Shown here one piece after another: positions 1 to 7,897 of a stretch of DNA of 64,000 nucleotides; the first letter of the stretch is position 1, and the number at the start of each line of letters is the position of its first letter. The DNA lies in IMG/VR virus record IMGVR_UViG_3300035703_000012, positions 1-64,000 of that record; one strand, 5' to 3'. The notes under the pieces were generated by a model. That model ran no database searches, had not been told where the DNA came from, and saw nothing but the letters and a program-made list of their open reading frames with translations. This DNA is from a virus. The translations under genes were made by a program, and so were the position numbers.

Positions 1-59
1 CCGATAAATACGGGGCGTGGATCCCGTCCAAAGGCTGGTATAGCCAGGTTAGTGGGCCG

Positions 60-554
60 ATGTGGCATGAGAAATGGCCGGGCGGATGGGCGGCTTGCGT
101 AGACGCCGACCTCATCGCCAACGCCCCTACCGACCTAGCCGCCCTGGTGGCCGAGGTGGAGCGGCTGCGGGCTTGGATTACGGAGCTTAGCGGTTTTTAC
201 GATGAAGCACCTGAGCAGAAAGAGAAAATCCCACAAACGCCCCGGCCCCGTAGGCACCTTTTTGAGGAGCTGGAGCAGCCAGTGACCTTGCCTCCTCAGC
301 CGACGGGCCCTCCTCCACGGCCCTCCATCCAAGAGCAGCTGGCCGCTTTGCTGGAAGAAAACAAACAGCTGCGGGCTCAGGTGGAGGCCCTGCAACAAAC
401 CGACGACCAGCGCGACGCTTTCGAGGAAGCGGTTTGGCACGAGGTTTGTAAAACCCTGGCAACCGACAAGCTTCCAAACTCGACATCCGGCCTAGCGGCG
501 TCTATCCAGCAGGCTTGTCGAACGTTTCTCAAGAAAGACATCCCCCATGATTGA
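60..554 (+). CDS. Ead/Ea22-like early protein with coiled-coil C-terminus
   Basis: 164-aa ORF that overlaps the next gene by 8 nt. The motif APTDLAALVAEVERLRAW recurs in 6932..7144. The C-terminal half is Q/E/L-rich. Confidence 0.6.
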   Translation: MWHEKWPGGWAACVDADLIANAPTDLAALVAEVERLRAWITELSGFYDEAPEQKEKIPQTPRPRRHLFEELEQPVTLPPQPTGPPPRPSIQEQLAALLEENKQLRAQVEALQQTDDQRDAFEEAVWHEVCKTLATDKLPNSTSGLAASIQQACRTFLKKDIPHD

Positions 555-1287
555 CCTGACGCCCTTCAAGCAGCGCCTGGAAGGCGTTTCCATCCCGCTT
601 TCGCTTGGAGACGCAGACTTCATCGACGTCCTGGCGCTCGAGCGGGCGGATGCGGAGTTTTTGAAAAACGCCGTCTACGACGTGGCTTTGCTGGTGGACG
701 AAGTCGAGCAGCTTCAAGCGCACGTGCAGCGCCTGCAGACCGAAAACCGGGTGCTGCTGGACCCCCACCAGGCCAAGCTCGTCTCGTTTGCCGACAACAC
801 TTTCACCTTCGAGTCCGAGGTCTTTCGCGTTTGCCTGGCGGGTCTGGTGCAGATGCTCGACGCCTGCGAGGCCGAAAACTACTTGAGCCTGGACTTCGGT
901 GGGCGCACGGACGACGCCGTCAACGTGACGGTTCAGCGGCGCAACCAGCCCACGCCGCACCAGAAGCGCCAGGAAGCCGAAGCCAAGCTCGCCGACATGA
1001 AACAGGCCTACAACGCGCTGGCCGATGAAACGGACCGGCTGCGCGCAAAGCTGGCAAAGCCTGCGCAAGCACCTTCTTCGCTGGAAGGTGCGCCCTACCT
1101 CGCGGCCCTCAAGGCCATCGAGCATGCGCTCAGCGCGCTGGTGGCCGGCAAGCCGCAGCGGGCCAAGTCCTTGCTGTTCATGGCGCTCGGTGCCCACGCG
1201 GGTGAGGCGGACTGGGCGGAGTTTGCCGCTTACCTCGATGCACAACCGCTTTTGCTGAAAGAAGGTCCCCATGCCCAAGACCCCTGA
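547..1287 (+). CDS. hypothetical coiled-coil early protein
   Basis: 246-aa ORF coupled to both neighbours. The segment ALLVDEVEQLQAHVQRLQTEN resembles the Ea22-like motif. Confidence 0.6.
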   Translation: MIDLTPFKQRLEGVSIPLSLGDADFIDVLALERADAEFLKNAVYDVALLVDEVEQLQAHVQRLQTENRVLLDPHQAKLVSFADNTFTFESEVFRVCLAGLVQMLDACEAENYLSLDFGGRTDDAVNVTVQRRNQPTPHQKRQEAEAKLADMKQAYNALADETDRLRAKLAKPAQAPSSLEGAPYLAALKAIEHALSALVAGKPQRAKSLLFMALGAHAGEADWAEFAAYLDAQPLLLKEGPHAQDP

Positions 1288-1849
1288 CCCTGCTTCAACC
1301 AAAACCCAGACGACGACGCGCAGGCCCCGCAAGCAAAAGCAGCCCGCTGAGCCCAGCTACACGCTGGTCGTCAGCAGCCGTCAGGCCTCGCTGATCGCCC
1401 ACGCGCTGGACTTCTACGACCGCATCCACGGCGGCCAGCTCGGCGAGCTGACGCACGCGGCCTCCGAAAAGCCCTACTCAAAACACTGGGACCTCGAGCG
1501 GCTGGCCCGCGAAGCCCCGGTCCGGGCCGAGCGCGACGCGCAGGGCCAGCCTGTCTGGGAGCTTGACTACCGCAAGCTGCACGCGGCGATCGAGCAGCTC
1601 AAGCCGCTGATGTTTCCGTGGCTGCCCTGGAACGCCAGCGACTTCAGCTTTCCGGGCGGGCGCGAGTGCTTCAACATGCGCAAGCTCATCCAGTCGACCC
1701 TCAGCCACCACGAGCGGCCGCTTCAGCCCGGTGAGCTGCGCTCCGTGTCCTACAACGAGCCGCTCGAAGGCTGGTGGGAGACCGAGTTCCGCCCCACGAT
1801 GACCCCCAACCAGGAGGTGTCCGATGCCCAAGACCAGACGCCCCGCTGA
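1271..1849 (+). CDS. hypothetical protein with basic N-terminus
   Basis: 192-aa ORF with balanced composition. It overlaps both flanking genes in an operon-like arrangement. Confidence 0.55.
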   Translation: MPKTPDPASTKTQTTTRRPRKQKQPAEPSYTLVVSSRQASLIAHALDFYDRIHGGQLGELTHAASEKPYSKHWDLERLAREAPVRAERDAQGQPVWELDYRKLHAAIEQLKPLMFPWLPWNASDFSFPGGRECFNMRKLIQSTLSHHERPLQPGELRSVSYNEPLEGWWETEFRPTMTPNQEVSDAQDQTPR

Positions 1850-2144
1850 GGGCGCAGCTTTTATCGTGCCGAACACCAAGGCTGAGCTGATGGCTGCCAT
1901 CAACCAGGCTGGCATCGCCGACCTCAAGTGCGAGAGCAGCTTCGACGACGGCGTGCTGCTGTTCAGCCTGTCGGTGCTCACGAAAGACGATCGGCAGTTC
2001 TACTTCTGCCAGGAGGTCACGTTGGCGCCGCGCTTACATCCGATGGAAGTGCACGACTTCACGGAAGAAGACGGCCGCATGGTAGACGCCCACTTGGGCA
2101 CGCAGTTTGATCCCAGCCAGCGGTGGAAAAGAAAGAAAAAGTGA
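1824..2144 (+). CDS. hypothetical protein
   Basis: 106-aa ORF that overlaps its neighbours and has a lysine-rich tail. Confidence 0.5.
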   Translation: MPKTRRPAEGAAFIVPNTKAELMAAINQAGIADLKCESSFDDGVLLFSLSVLTKDDRQFYFCQEVTLAPRLHPMEVHDFTEEDGRMVDAHLGTQFDPSQRWKRKKK

Positions 2145-2425
2145 CAACGAGCAAGCCTGAAGAATTGCCGGCTGAAGGCCTGATGCTGCGGCCATACCGC
2201 GGCTACCATGGCGTGGTGCACCGGCTTGACCTGGAAGCCAACCTCTTCGCGGGTCGCGTGCAGGGGCTGCACCGCGACATGGTGACCTTCTACGGCGCCA
2301 CGCCTCTGGCCCTGCAAGCGGCGTTTGAGGCCAGCCTCGATTCGTACCTGCAAGGGTGCAACGCCGACGGCGTTCGCCCCGAACTACCTGCCCCCATCCA
2401 TGGAGAACCACCCCATGACGCCTGA
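2123..2425 (+). CDS. HicB-family (COG4226-type) N-terminal domain protein
   Basis: The pattern YRGYHGVV..DLEANLFAGRVQGL.DMVTFYG.T...LQAAFEASLDSYLQGC...G fits the HicB-like antitoxin fold signature. No C-terminal DNA-binding domain is present and no HicA is adjacent. Confidence 0.55.
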   Translation: MEKKEKVTTSKPEELPAEGLMLRPYRGYHGVVHRLDLEANLFAGRVQGLHRDMVTFYGATPLALQAAFEASLDSYLQGCNADGVRPELPAPIHGEPPHDA

Positions 2426-2579
2426 ATACCATGCCGTCGCCGCCGTGCTTGGCGCGCTCCCCATTGCTCGGCGCGATCGCCTCACCACCTGGCTGTGGCG
2501 TCACGCGGGTCCGTTCGACGCCTGGAACCTGGACGCCCTGGCCCAGGCCGAGCGGGCGATCGACAGCCAGGGGGTCTGA
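2415..2579 (+). CDS. hypothetical small protein
   Basis: ATG at 2415 lies 7 nt after GGAGAA. 54 aa, in frame with track ORF 2325..2579. Confidence 0.45.
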   Translation: MTPEYHAVAAVLGALPIARRDRLTTWLWRHAGPFDAWNLDALAQAERAIDSQGV

Positions 2580-2580
2580 G

Positions 2581-2757
2581 ATGCCCGTCGACGTCGCGGC
2601 GATCGAACAGAGCCTCAAGGAGGCCCAGCGCTGGCCCGTGAGCACAGCCCCGGTCATGGCGCACTGGGTCCGCGTGCTGCTGGCGGAGGTCCAGCGCCTC
2701 GAGCAGGAGAACCGGCGCCTGCACGACGCAAGCGATCGCCAGCCCGTCGAGCGCTGA
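2581..2757 (+). CDS. hypothetical small coiled-coil protein
   Basis: ATG lies 1 nt after the upstream stop. 58 aa, containing LLAEVQRLEQENRRL. Confidence 0.45.
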   Translation: MPVDVAAIEQSLKEAQRWPVSTAPVMAHWVRVLLAEVQRLEQENRRLHDASDRQPVER

Positions 2758-2800
2758 AGCTGCATACAATTTCCCCTGGTCGTTGACGTTTACTGGGGGC

Positions 2801-3349
2801 ATGCCGCCTACCATCGACGTCTTGAAGCTGCTGCACGAGGGCCAGGCCTTCGAGTGGGGTCACATCGCCGTGGGCCCGGACCGCCATGCGGAGGTCTGGG
2901 TCGACCTGCGGCCCTGGCTGTCGCAGCCGGAGCTGCTCAAGCCGCTGGCCTGGCAGCTGATCCGCAACATGGTGCCCGCGCACGTGCACATCGATACGCT
3001 CGTGGCCATTCAGGCGGACGCGCTGCCGCTGGCCTACGAGCTGGCCGCGCAGCTCAAGAAGCCGCTCAACTGGCTCGACGCGGACCAGCGCCCGCTGCGC
3101 CCCTTGCAGCCCGGCGAGCGCGTCTTGCTGGTGACGGACGTGGCCCGCACGGGCGAGACGCTGCGCCAGGCAGCCAGCCAGCTGGGTCCTTGCCAGCTGC
3201 TGGGGGCGGCGGCCCTGGTGGCTTCGAGCGCGCTGAACCGCCTGCCCTTCGCGCTGCATGCAAGCCTGAAGCTGCCGCTCGCGCAGTTCGCGCCGGACGC
3301 CTGTCCGGGCTGCGCCGAGGGACATGCGCTGAAGCAGAAAGGACTCTGA
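2801..3349 (+). CDS. type I phosphoribosyltransferase-like protein (OPRT-like)
   Basis: PRPP-binding loop ERVLLVTDVARTGETL, an upstream IDTLVAIQADALPLAYELA helix, and a C-terminal CPGC. Confidence 0.65.
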   Translation: MPPTIDVLKLLHEGQAFEWGHIAVGPDRHAEVWVDLRPWLSQPELLKPLAWQLIRNMVPAHVHIDTLVAIQADALPLAYELAAQLKKPLNWLDADQRPLRPLQPGERVLLVTDVARTGETLRQAASQLGPCQLLGAAALVASSALNRLPFALHASLKLPLAQFAPDACPGCAEGHALKQKGL

Positions 3350-3351
3350 CC

Positions 3352-3441
3352 GTGCTCGAGCTGCTGCAGGTGCTGGCGCTGGCCGTTCCCGCCGGCTGTC
3401 TGGCCTTCTGGGCCACGGACTGGTGGTTTGGCGCGCCATGA
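3352..3441 (+). CDS. possible 29-aa hydrophobic micropeptide
   Basis: GTG lies 3 nt after the PRTase stop. The peptide VLELLQVLALAVPAGCLAFWATDWWFGAP has one predicted TM helix. It is below the ORF-track cutoff. Confidence 0.3.
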   Translation: MLELLQVLALAVPAGCLAFWATDWWFGAP

Positions 3442-4024
3442 CGAGCCGCCCCGCGAGGCGGAGGTCGTGCCCGTGCTGATGGCCGGGCTGGCGCAGCACC
3501 CCGAGCTGCGGGCGCTGCTGCCGGAGTTCCCCTTGGGGCGCACGGCCCGCATCGACCTGCTGGCCGTCTTCGCCCACGGCCTGCACGGCTACGAGGTGAA
3601 GTCCGCCCACGACACGCTGCGCCGCATCCGGCGCCAGGCGCGGGCCTACAACCGGTTCTGCAGCCACGTCACGCTGGTGCTCGACCCCCGGCATGCCACG
3701 GCGGCCGACGCCGAGGTGCCCGCCTGGTGGGGGCTGCTGCTGGTCACGCGCAGGCGCCAGGCGCTGCGCTTCCAGACGCTGCGGGCGGCCTGCCCCAACC
3801 CGTCGGCCAGTCCGGCCGCGATGCTGAGCCTGCTCTGGAACGCCGAGCTGCGTGCTGTCTTGCGACAGCTGTCCCACCCCAAAGGAGTGTCCCGTCTCTC
3901 TCATGCACGACTGGTCAACACCGTTCAACGCTACCTCGATCCCCCGACGATCGTATCTGTGGTGGCGCTGCTCCTGGCCGAGCGCCAGGCCCAGCACCCC
4001 CGCCGACAAGGATTTTGCCCATGA
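3428..4024 (+). CDS. MmcB-like PD-(D/E)XK nuclease-fold protein
   Basis: RIDLLAV...GYEVKSAHDTLRR matches the D...E-x-K core typical of MmcB-family DNA repair proteins. Confidence 0.55.
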   Translation: MARHDEPPREAEVVPVLMAGLAQHPELRALLPEFPLGRTARIDLLAVFAHGLHGYEVKSAHDTLRRIRRQARAYNRFCSHVTLVLDPRHATAADAEVPAWWGLLLVTRRRQALRFQTLRAACPNPSASPAAMLSLLWNAELRAVLRQLSHPKGVSRLSHARLVNTVQRYLDPPTIVSVVALLLAERQAQHPRRQGFCP

Positions 4025-4134
4025 ATCGCCTGGAGTGCCGCACATACTGGAGGGAACTGCAGCGCCTGCACGCAGCGACGCTTGAGGTCGTGTGGCGGGC
4101 CGCAATCCTGCTGCTCGGGCAAGGACGGCCATGA
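4021..4134 (+). CDS. hypothetical 37-aa protein
   Basis: ATGA overlaps occur at both ends (4021-4024 and 4131-4134), indicating translational coupling. Confidence 0.35.
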   Translation: MNRLECRTYWRELQRLHAATLEVVWRAAILLLGQGRP

Positions 4135-4517
4135 ACCGGAAGCAAGAACCCCTCTGGATGAAGAAGCTCTCGCTGGTCCATGCCGACCCGTCAGACCCCG
4201 CCTTGCACTTCGCCCGACAGACGGAGTTTCCGCTTTCCTGCAAGGCGCAGCTGCAGGTGCTCTCCGAGGCGGCCTGCGCTGCGCTGCTGACGCCTTCTGG
4301 CTCAGAGGCCGAAGAGTCCGCGCTCTACGCGCTCGGGCACGTGATGGCGCACATGGTGGACGGCGAGAGCGTGAAGCTGCCAGAAAGCCTGGCCGACGTG
4401 CGCTTCAGCCTGCCGACACCCGGCCTGGCGCAGCGTCTGCGTGGGGCGTGGCAGCTGCTGTGGACGGGCAGCGTGCAGCTGCCGCTGGTGCGAAAGCGGT
4501 CGGGCCATGGCGGATGA
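4131..4517 (+). CDS. hypothetical protein
   Basis: 128 aa from the ATG at 4131, which overlaps the upstream stop. Confidence 0.5.
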   Translation: MNRKQEPLWMKKLSLVHADPSDPALHFARQTEFPLSCKAQLQVLSEAACAALLTPSGSEAEESALYALGHVMAHMVDGESVKLPESLADVRFSLPTPGLAQRLRGAWQLLWTGSVQLPLVRKRSGHGG

Positions 4518-4764
4518 GGGCGTGCTGCAGCCCCACAGCCTGCGGGTGCTGCGGGTCGAGGACGAGGACGGGCGCATCATCCCGTTTCTGGCCGTCGAGG
4601 TGGAGCCCGAAAGCGACCTCGACGCCAACCTCGTGCACTTCGGCGAGGAGGCGCACAGCTTCCTGGCGGGGCGCTACTTCTACTGCTTCAAGCTCGACAA
4701 GGCGGAGCTCGAGCGGCTGGCCTACTACGCGCTGGTCGTGGTGGGCCAGATGCAGCCGGACTGA
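4507..4764 (+). CDS. hypothetical acidic protein
   Basis: 85 aa from the ATG at 4507, with an 11-nt overlap with the upstream gene. Confidence 0.5.
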   Translation: MADEGVLQPHSLRVLRVEDEDGRIIPFLAVEVEPESDLDANLVHFGEEAHSFLAGRYFYCFKLDKAELERLAYYALVVVGQMQPD

Positions 4765-4773
4765 GGAGGAACG

Positions 4774-5334
4774 ATGCCCAGCGTGATTGACCTTTCAAGT
4801 GCTTTTGGTCGGGAGGCTGCGGCCACCTGCATGGGGCTGAAGCTGGCGCTGTTTGCCCACAACGACCAGAAGGACCAGCCGCTGGGCGCGCCCACGCAGG
4901 TGGTGTTGCACTGGACGGCTGGCACCTACGCGCAGTGCTGGGACTCCTACCACTTCAACATCGCGTTCGACGCCAAGGCCCCGCGGGCCTGCGTGGTGAA
5001 GGCGCTGTCGCTGAAGCAGAAGGGCCAGCACCTGTCGAAGCGCAACACCGGGGCGATCGGCGTGACGCTGTGCGCGATGGCGAGCAAGAGCCACCCGGTG
5101 CAGAAGCTGCAAGAAGAAGCCGCGGCTGAGCTGTGCGCGGAGCTGCTGTGGCACCACAAGCTGTCGATCGCCCAGCTCACGGACCACGCCCACTGGGCCC
5201 GCATCGACGGGTACTTCCCGCACCGCTGGGACGTGGGCGATCGCTTCGCCGTCATCCGGGCGCTGACGGAGGCCCGGCTGCGCGAGCTGCAGGCAGGCCA
5301 GCGCAAGCCGGCCTACACCCACCTGTTCACCTGA
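4774..5334 (+). CDS. N-acetylmuramoyl-L-alanine amidase (Amidase_2/PGRP-like)
   Basis: VVLHWTAG...YHFNI...NTGAIGVTLC...DHAHW pattern. AGGAGG lies upstream of the ATG. Confidence 0.65.
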   Translation: MPSVIDLSSAFGREAAATCMGLKLALFAHNDQKDQPLGAPTQVVLHWTAGTYAQCWDSYHFNIAFDAKAPRACVVKALSLKQKGQHLSKRNTGAIGVTLCAMASKSHPVQKLQEEAAAELCAELLWHHKLSIAQLTDHAHWARIDGYFPHRWDVGDRFAVIRALTEARLRELQAGQRKPAYTHLFT

Positions 5335-5512
5335 ACCCGAAGGTCCCGTCACCCCGGCTGCGTTTTTCAACGCCCCTGCTGCCCCGCTCCGGTTATCTGG
5401 TCCTATTCGCGTTATCTGGCCTGTCGAACCTGCCCGCAACGCCGCCGGTCCGGCCCACCCCCAACCCGATCCCTCAAACTCGCTCAGAGCCTCGGATTCC
5501 GAAATCATGACA

Positions 5513-5528
5513 GATAAGGCTAATTATC
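5513..5528. promoter_or_regulatory. GATAA-N6-TTATC palindrome, copy 1
   Basis: GATAAGGCTAATTATC ends 25 nt upstream of the GTG at 5554. TTATCTGG half-sites also occur at 5393 and 5412. Confidence 0.6.
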
Positions 5529-5553
5529 TGGGAACCTCCTGGAGGGTCTGCGC

Positions 5554-6117
5554 GTGATGGTGGTGCTGGATCTCGAGGCGACATGCTGGGCGCCGGGGCA
5601 GGGGCATGGGGTGAAGGAGGCCGAGATCATCGAGCTGGGGGCGGTGAAGCTGGCCGAGGGTTCGCTCTCCGTCGTCGATCGCCTGGAGACCTTCGTGGGT
5701 CCCGTCCGGCACCCGGGGCTCTCGGCTTACTGCCAGGAGCTCACGGGCATCGTGCCCGCCATGCTGCACGGGGCGCCACGCTTTCCCGAAGCGTACCACC
5801 AGCTCGTGCGCTTTTGCGGTCGGCGCAATCACACGCTGCTGGCGGCCTGGGGCCAGTTCGATCGCACGCTGCTGCTGCGCGAGTGCGAGCGCTGGGGCCT
5901 GGCAGACCAGCTGCCGCACGAGTACCTGAACCTGGCCCGGCTGTTCCAGACCCTGACGGGCTGTCCCAAGAAGCTCTCGCTGCACGACGCCATGGGCTGG
6001 CTCGGGCTGGTGCCGGAGGGTCCGGCGCACCGGGCCTTGCCGGATGCGTGGAACGCGGCGCGGGTGTGGCGTGCGCTGCTGCAGCGCCCGGAGGAAAGTC
6101 ATGAACTTGCTGGCTGA
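5554..6117 (+). CDS. DEDDh 3'-5' exonuclease (RNase T/ERI-1/KapD-like)
   Basis: VVLDLEATCW (DxE), AWGQFDRTLL (D) and HRALPDAWNAARV (H-x4-D). Confidence 0.75.
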   Translation: MMVVLDLEATCWAPGQGHGVKEAEIIELGAVKLAEGSLSVVDRLETFVGPVRHPGLSAYCQELTGIVPAMLHGAPRFPEAYHQLVRFCGRRNHTLLAAWGQFDRTLLLRECERWGLADQLPHEYLNLARLFQTLTGCPKKLSLHDAMGWLGLVPEGPAHRALPDAWNAARVWRALLQRPEESHELAG

Positions 6118-6430
6118 AACGCTCGAAGCGCTGGCGCGGGCCCAGAAGGGTCCGGCGGACGTGCACCAGGTGGTCATCCACCCGGGTTACGTCGTGAGCT
6201 GGGCGCAGTTCGCCGCCGTGGCGGCCCAGTGCGAGTACGACGAGGACATCGGCGACGAGGTGATGCCCGCCCTCAAGGTGCGGGGCGACACCTGGTGGCT
6301 GGAGCGCGAGAGCTACGATGACTATTTGCACCACGACTGGGTGCTGCGGCAGCTGCCGGTTGAGCAGCACTTCAACGCCGTGAAGCCGCTCAAGCCGGCG
6401 GACCTGGTGTGGTGGGCGGAAAAAGAGTAA
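6101..6430 (+). CDS. hypothetical protein
   Basis: 109 aa from the ATG at 6101. It overlaps the exonuclease 3' end by 17 nt. Confidence 0.5.
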   Translation: MNLLAETLEALARAQKGPADVHQVVIHPGYVVSWAQFAAVAAQCEYDEDIGDEVMPALKVRGDTWWLERESYDDYLHHDWVLRQLPVEQHFNAVKPLKPADLVWWAEKE

Positions 6431-6448
6431 CAATTTTGAACGCTTGAA

Positions 6449-6477
6449 GTGACAAAAACACACAATTTGATTAGGAT
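6449..6477 (+). promoter_or_regulatory. sigma70-like promoter (GTGACA-17-TAGGAT)
   Basis: It lies in the only AT-rich gap (6431-6483) of this arm. The predicted start is about 6484, on the ATG of a micro-ORF. Confidence 0.4.
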
Positions 6478-6483
6478 GGAAGC

Positions 6484-6552
6484 ATGCAATTTTTCCTTTG
6501 CTGGGCCTCGCTCCTGAGCGGACCCTGCACCTACGACACCTTCTGGAAGTAG
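6484..6552 (+). CDS. possible 22-codon hydrophobic leader ORF
   Basis: Encodes MQFFLCWASLLSGPCTYDTFWK. The stop lies 2 nt before the GTG at 6555. It could be leaderless if the promoter call is right. Confidence 0.2.
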   Translation: MQFFLCWASLLSGPCTYDTFWK

Positions 6553-6554
6553 CC

Positions 6555-6707
6555 GTGCACCCTCACAGCACCGGGCGTCTCTACGAGGAGCTGCACGACT
6601 TGTCCGAGGCTGTGCGGGCCGCGGTGCTGGCCAAGCTCGCCGAGCTGCCGGAGACCCGGCCGCTGGCGCAGGCGCTGGGTGCGTACTGGGAGCACCACCG
6701 TGGGTAG
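6555..6707 (+). CDS. hypothetical small protein
   Basis: GTG follows GGAAG. 50 aa, in frame with track ORF 6498..6707. Confidence 0.4.
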   Translation: MHPHSTGRLYEELHDLSEAVRAAVLAKLAELPETRPLAQALGAYWEHHRG

Positions 6708-6945
6708 CTTTGACCCGACATGCCCGCTCTGCGCCGACTGGAACACGCCCCATGCCACGAGCGACTGTCCGCGCTGCGGCGTTGTTGCGGCCGAGGCCGT
6801 GCTGCAGTGGCAGGCCGTGCAGCGCCGCACGCAAAGCCTGGTCGCGGCTTCGCAGGTGCTGAAGCTGCCCTACGACACGACGCTGGATGCCTACAGCCGC
6901 TGGCTGGCGGCACCACGGGAGGCTGAGCCGCATGCTGGATCTTGA
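6700..6945 (+). CDS. zinc-ribbon small protein
   Basis: CPLC...CPRC pair. The GTG at 6700 overlaps the upstream stop. Confidence 0.45.
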   Translation: MGSFDPTCPLCADWNTPHATSDCPRCGVVAAEAVLQWQAVQRRTQSLVAASQVLKLPYDTTLDAYSRWLAAPREAEPHAGS

Positions 6946-7144
6946 GGCCATCAAGGCCCGGCTGGAAGCCACCCGTCCCGGCACCTGGCGCCTCGAGCAC
7001 AACCACGCCTGGTTTCGCGTGGTGCTAGGCAAAGACGCCCAGGGCACGGGCGCGCAGGGCGCGCACCTGGAGCTGCTGGCCCACGCGGCCGAGGATCTTG
7101 CCGCGCTGGTCGCGGAGGTCGAGCGGCTGAGAGCGGCGTCTTAA
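6932..7144 (+). CDS. Ead/Ea22-like small protein
   Basis: RLEATRPGTW...AHAAEDLAALVAEVERLRAA. The 13-aa core is identical to that in ORF 60..554. Confidence 0.6.
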   Translation: MLDLEAIKARLEATRPGTWRLEHNHAWFRVVLGKDAQGTGAQGAHLELLAHAAEDLAALVAEVERLRAAS

Positions 7145-7169
7145 GCTGTTTTAACAACCTTCACCATCC

Positions 7170-7206
7170 GGCAAAGCGCTGACTCCAGTGGTGTCAGCGC
7201 TTTGCC
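7170..7206 (+). terminator. 14-bp perfect stem-loop at operon end
   Basis: GGCAAAGCGCTGAC-9 nt-GTCAGCGCTTTGCC begins 26 nt after the stop at 7144. No U-tract follows. Confidence 0.5.
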
Positions 7207-7207
7207 A

Positions 7208-7223
7208 TGTAATCACTATTATC
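7208..7223. promoter_or_regulatory. degenerate copy of the GATAA-N6-TTATC motif
   Basis: TGTAATCACTATTATC. The right flank ATTATCGCGAC is identical to that of copy 2. Confidence 0.35.
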
Positions 7224-7262
7224 GCGACACCCACCCGGGCTAAGTAGAAAGGGAGTTAAACC

Positions 7263-7574
7263 TTGACACCGACTAAAAACGACACGGTTGTTTGCAAGAT
7301 GCTTGAAATATCAACCGGGCACGTCACCAACGAAACGTGCAACGGCTGGATCAAAGCCAACCTGGAAGACGGCTTTCCGCGCGCTGTTCAAACTGAGTTC
7401 GGCTGGTTTATTTACACCGGCTGGGTGGCGGAAGATGAAGAAGATGATCCGATGCAAAGGTTTCCCGAGGATCTTCGTTGCGTCGTAACTTTTGCAAGAA
7501 ACCTGAACTGCCGATGGCTTCACCTTGATTGTGATGCCGACACCATTGATAAGCTTCCGCTGTACAAGTGGTAA
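7263..7574 (+). CDS. hypothetical protein in a low-GC islet
   Basis: TTG start lies 7 nt after AAAGGGAG. 103 aa containing ISTGHVT...LHLDCDADTIDKLPLYKW. GC is clearly lower than in the flanks. Confidence 0.55.
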   Translation: MTPTKNDTVVCKMLEISTGHVTNETCNGWIKANLEDGFPRAVQTEFGWFIYTGWVAEDEEDDPMQRFPEDLRCVVTFARNLNCRWLHLDCDADTIDKLPLYKW

Positions 7575-7586
7575 AGGAGAGAAACC

Positions 7587-7829
7587 ATGACCACGACCGA
7601 TCGCATCAGCGACATCGAAGCCGTCCGCATCGGCACGGAGGCCCTCATGGCCATCGCCGACCGGGTGGGCCTGCAGCCCCTTTACGACCTGCTGAACCAG
7701 GCCAACAAGCTCGCCGTCACGCTGGCCGACGAGCTCGACCCCCATCAGGAGGTCTGGAAGGAGCATGGCAACCAGGCCTTCGATCGCATCAAGAAGGCGG
7801 TCGACGACATCCCCTGGCAGAAGAAGTGA
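7587..7829 (+). CDS. hypothetical protein, paralogue A
   Basis: AAAGGAG RBS. DIEAVRIGTEAL...LYDLLNQANKLAV aligns with 7898..8182. Confidence 0.6.
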   Translation: MTTTDRISDIEAVRIGTEALMAIADRVGLQPLYDLLNQANKLAVTLADELDPHQEVWKEHGNQAFDRIKKAVDDIPWQKK

Positions 7830-7861
7830 CGCGGCCGAGCCGCCACGACTGTGCGGCTCCG

Positions 7862-7877
7862 GATAATTGAAATTATC
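7862..7877. promoter_or_regulatory. GATAA-N6-TTATC palindrome, copy 2
   Basis: GATAATTGAAATTATC ends 20 nt upstream of the ATG at 7898. Confidence 0.6.
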
Positions 7878-7897
7878 GCGACGAAAGGAGCGAGACC

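Noticed and set aside
5335-5400. A possible intrinsic terminator after the amidase gene (GCTGCGTTTTTC).
   Set aside because: There is a T-run, but I could not find a convincing preceding stem.
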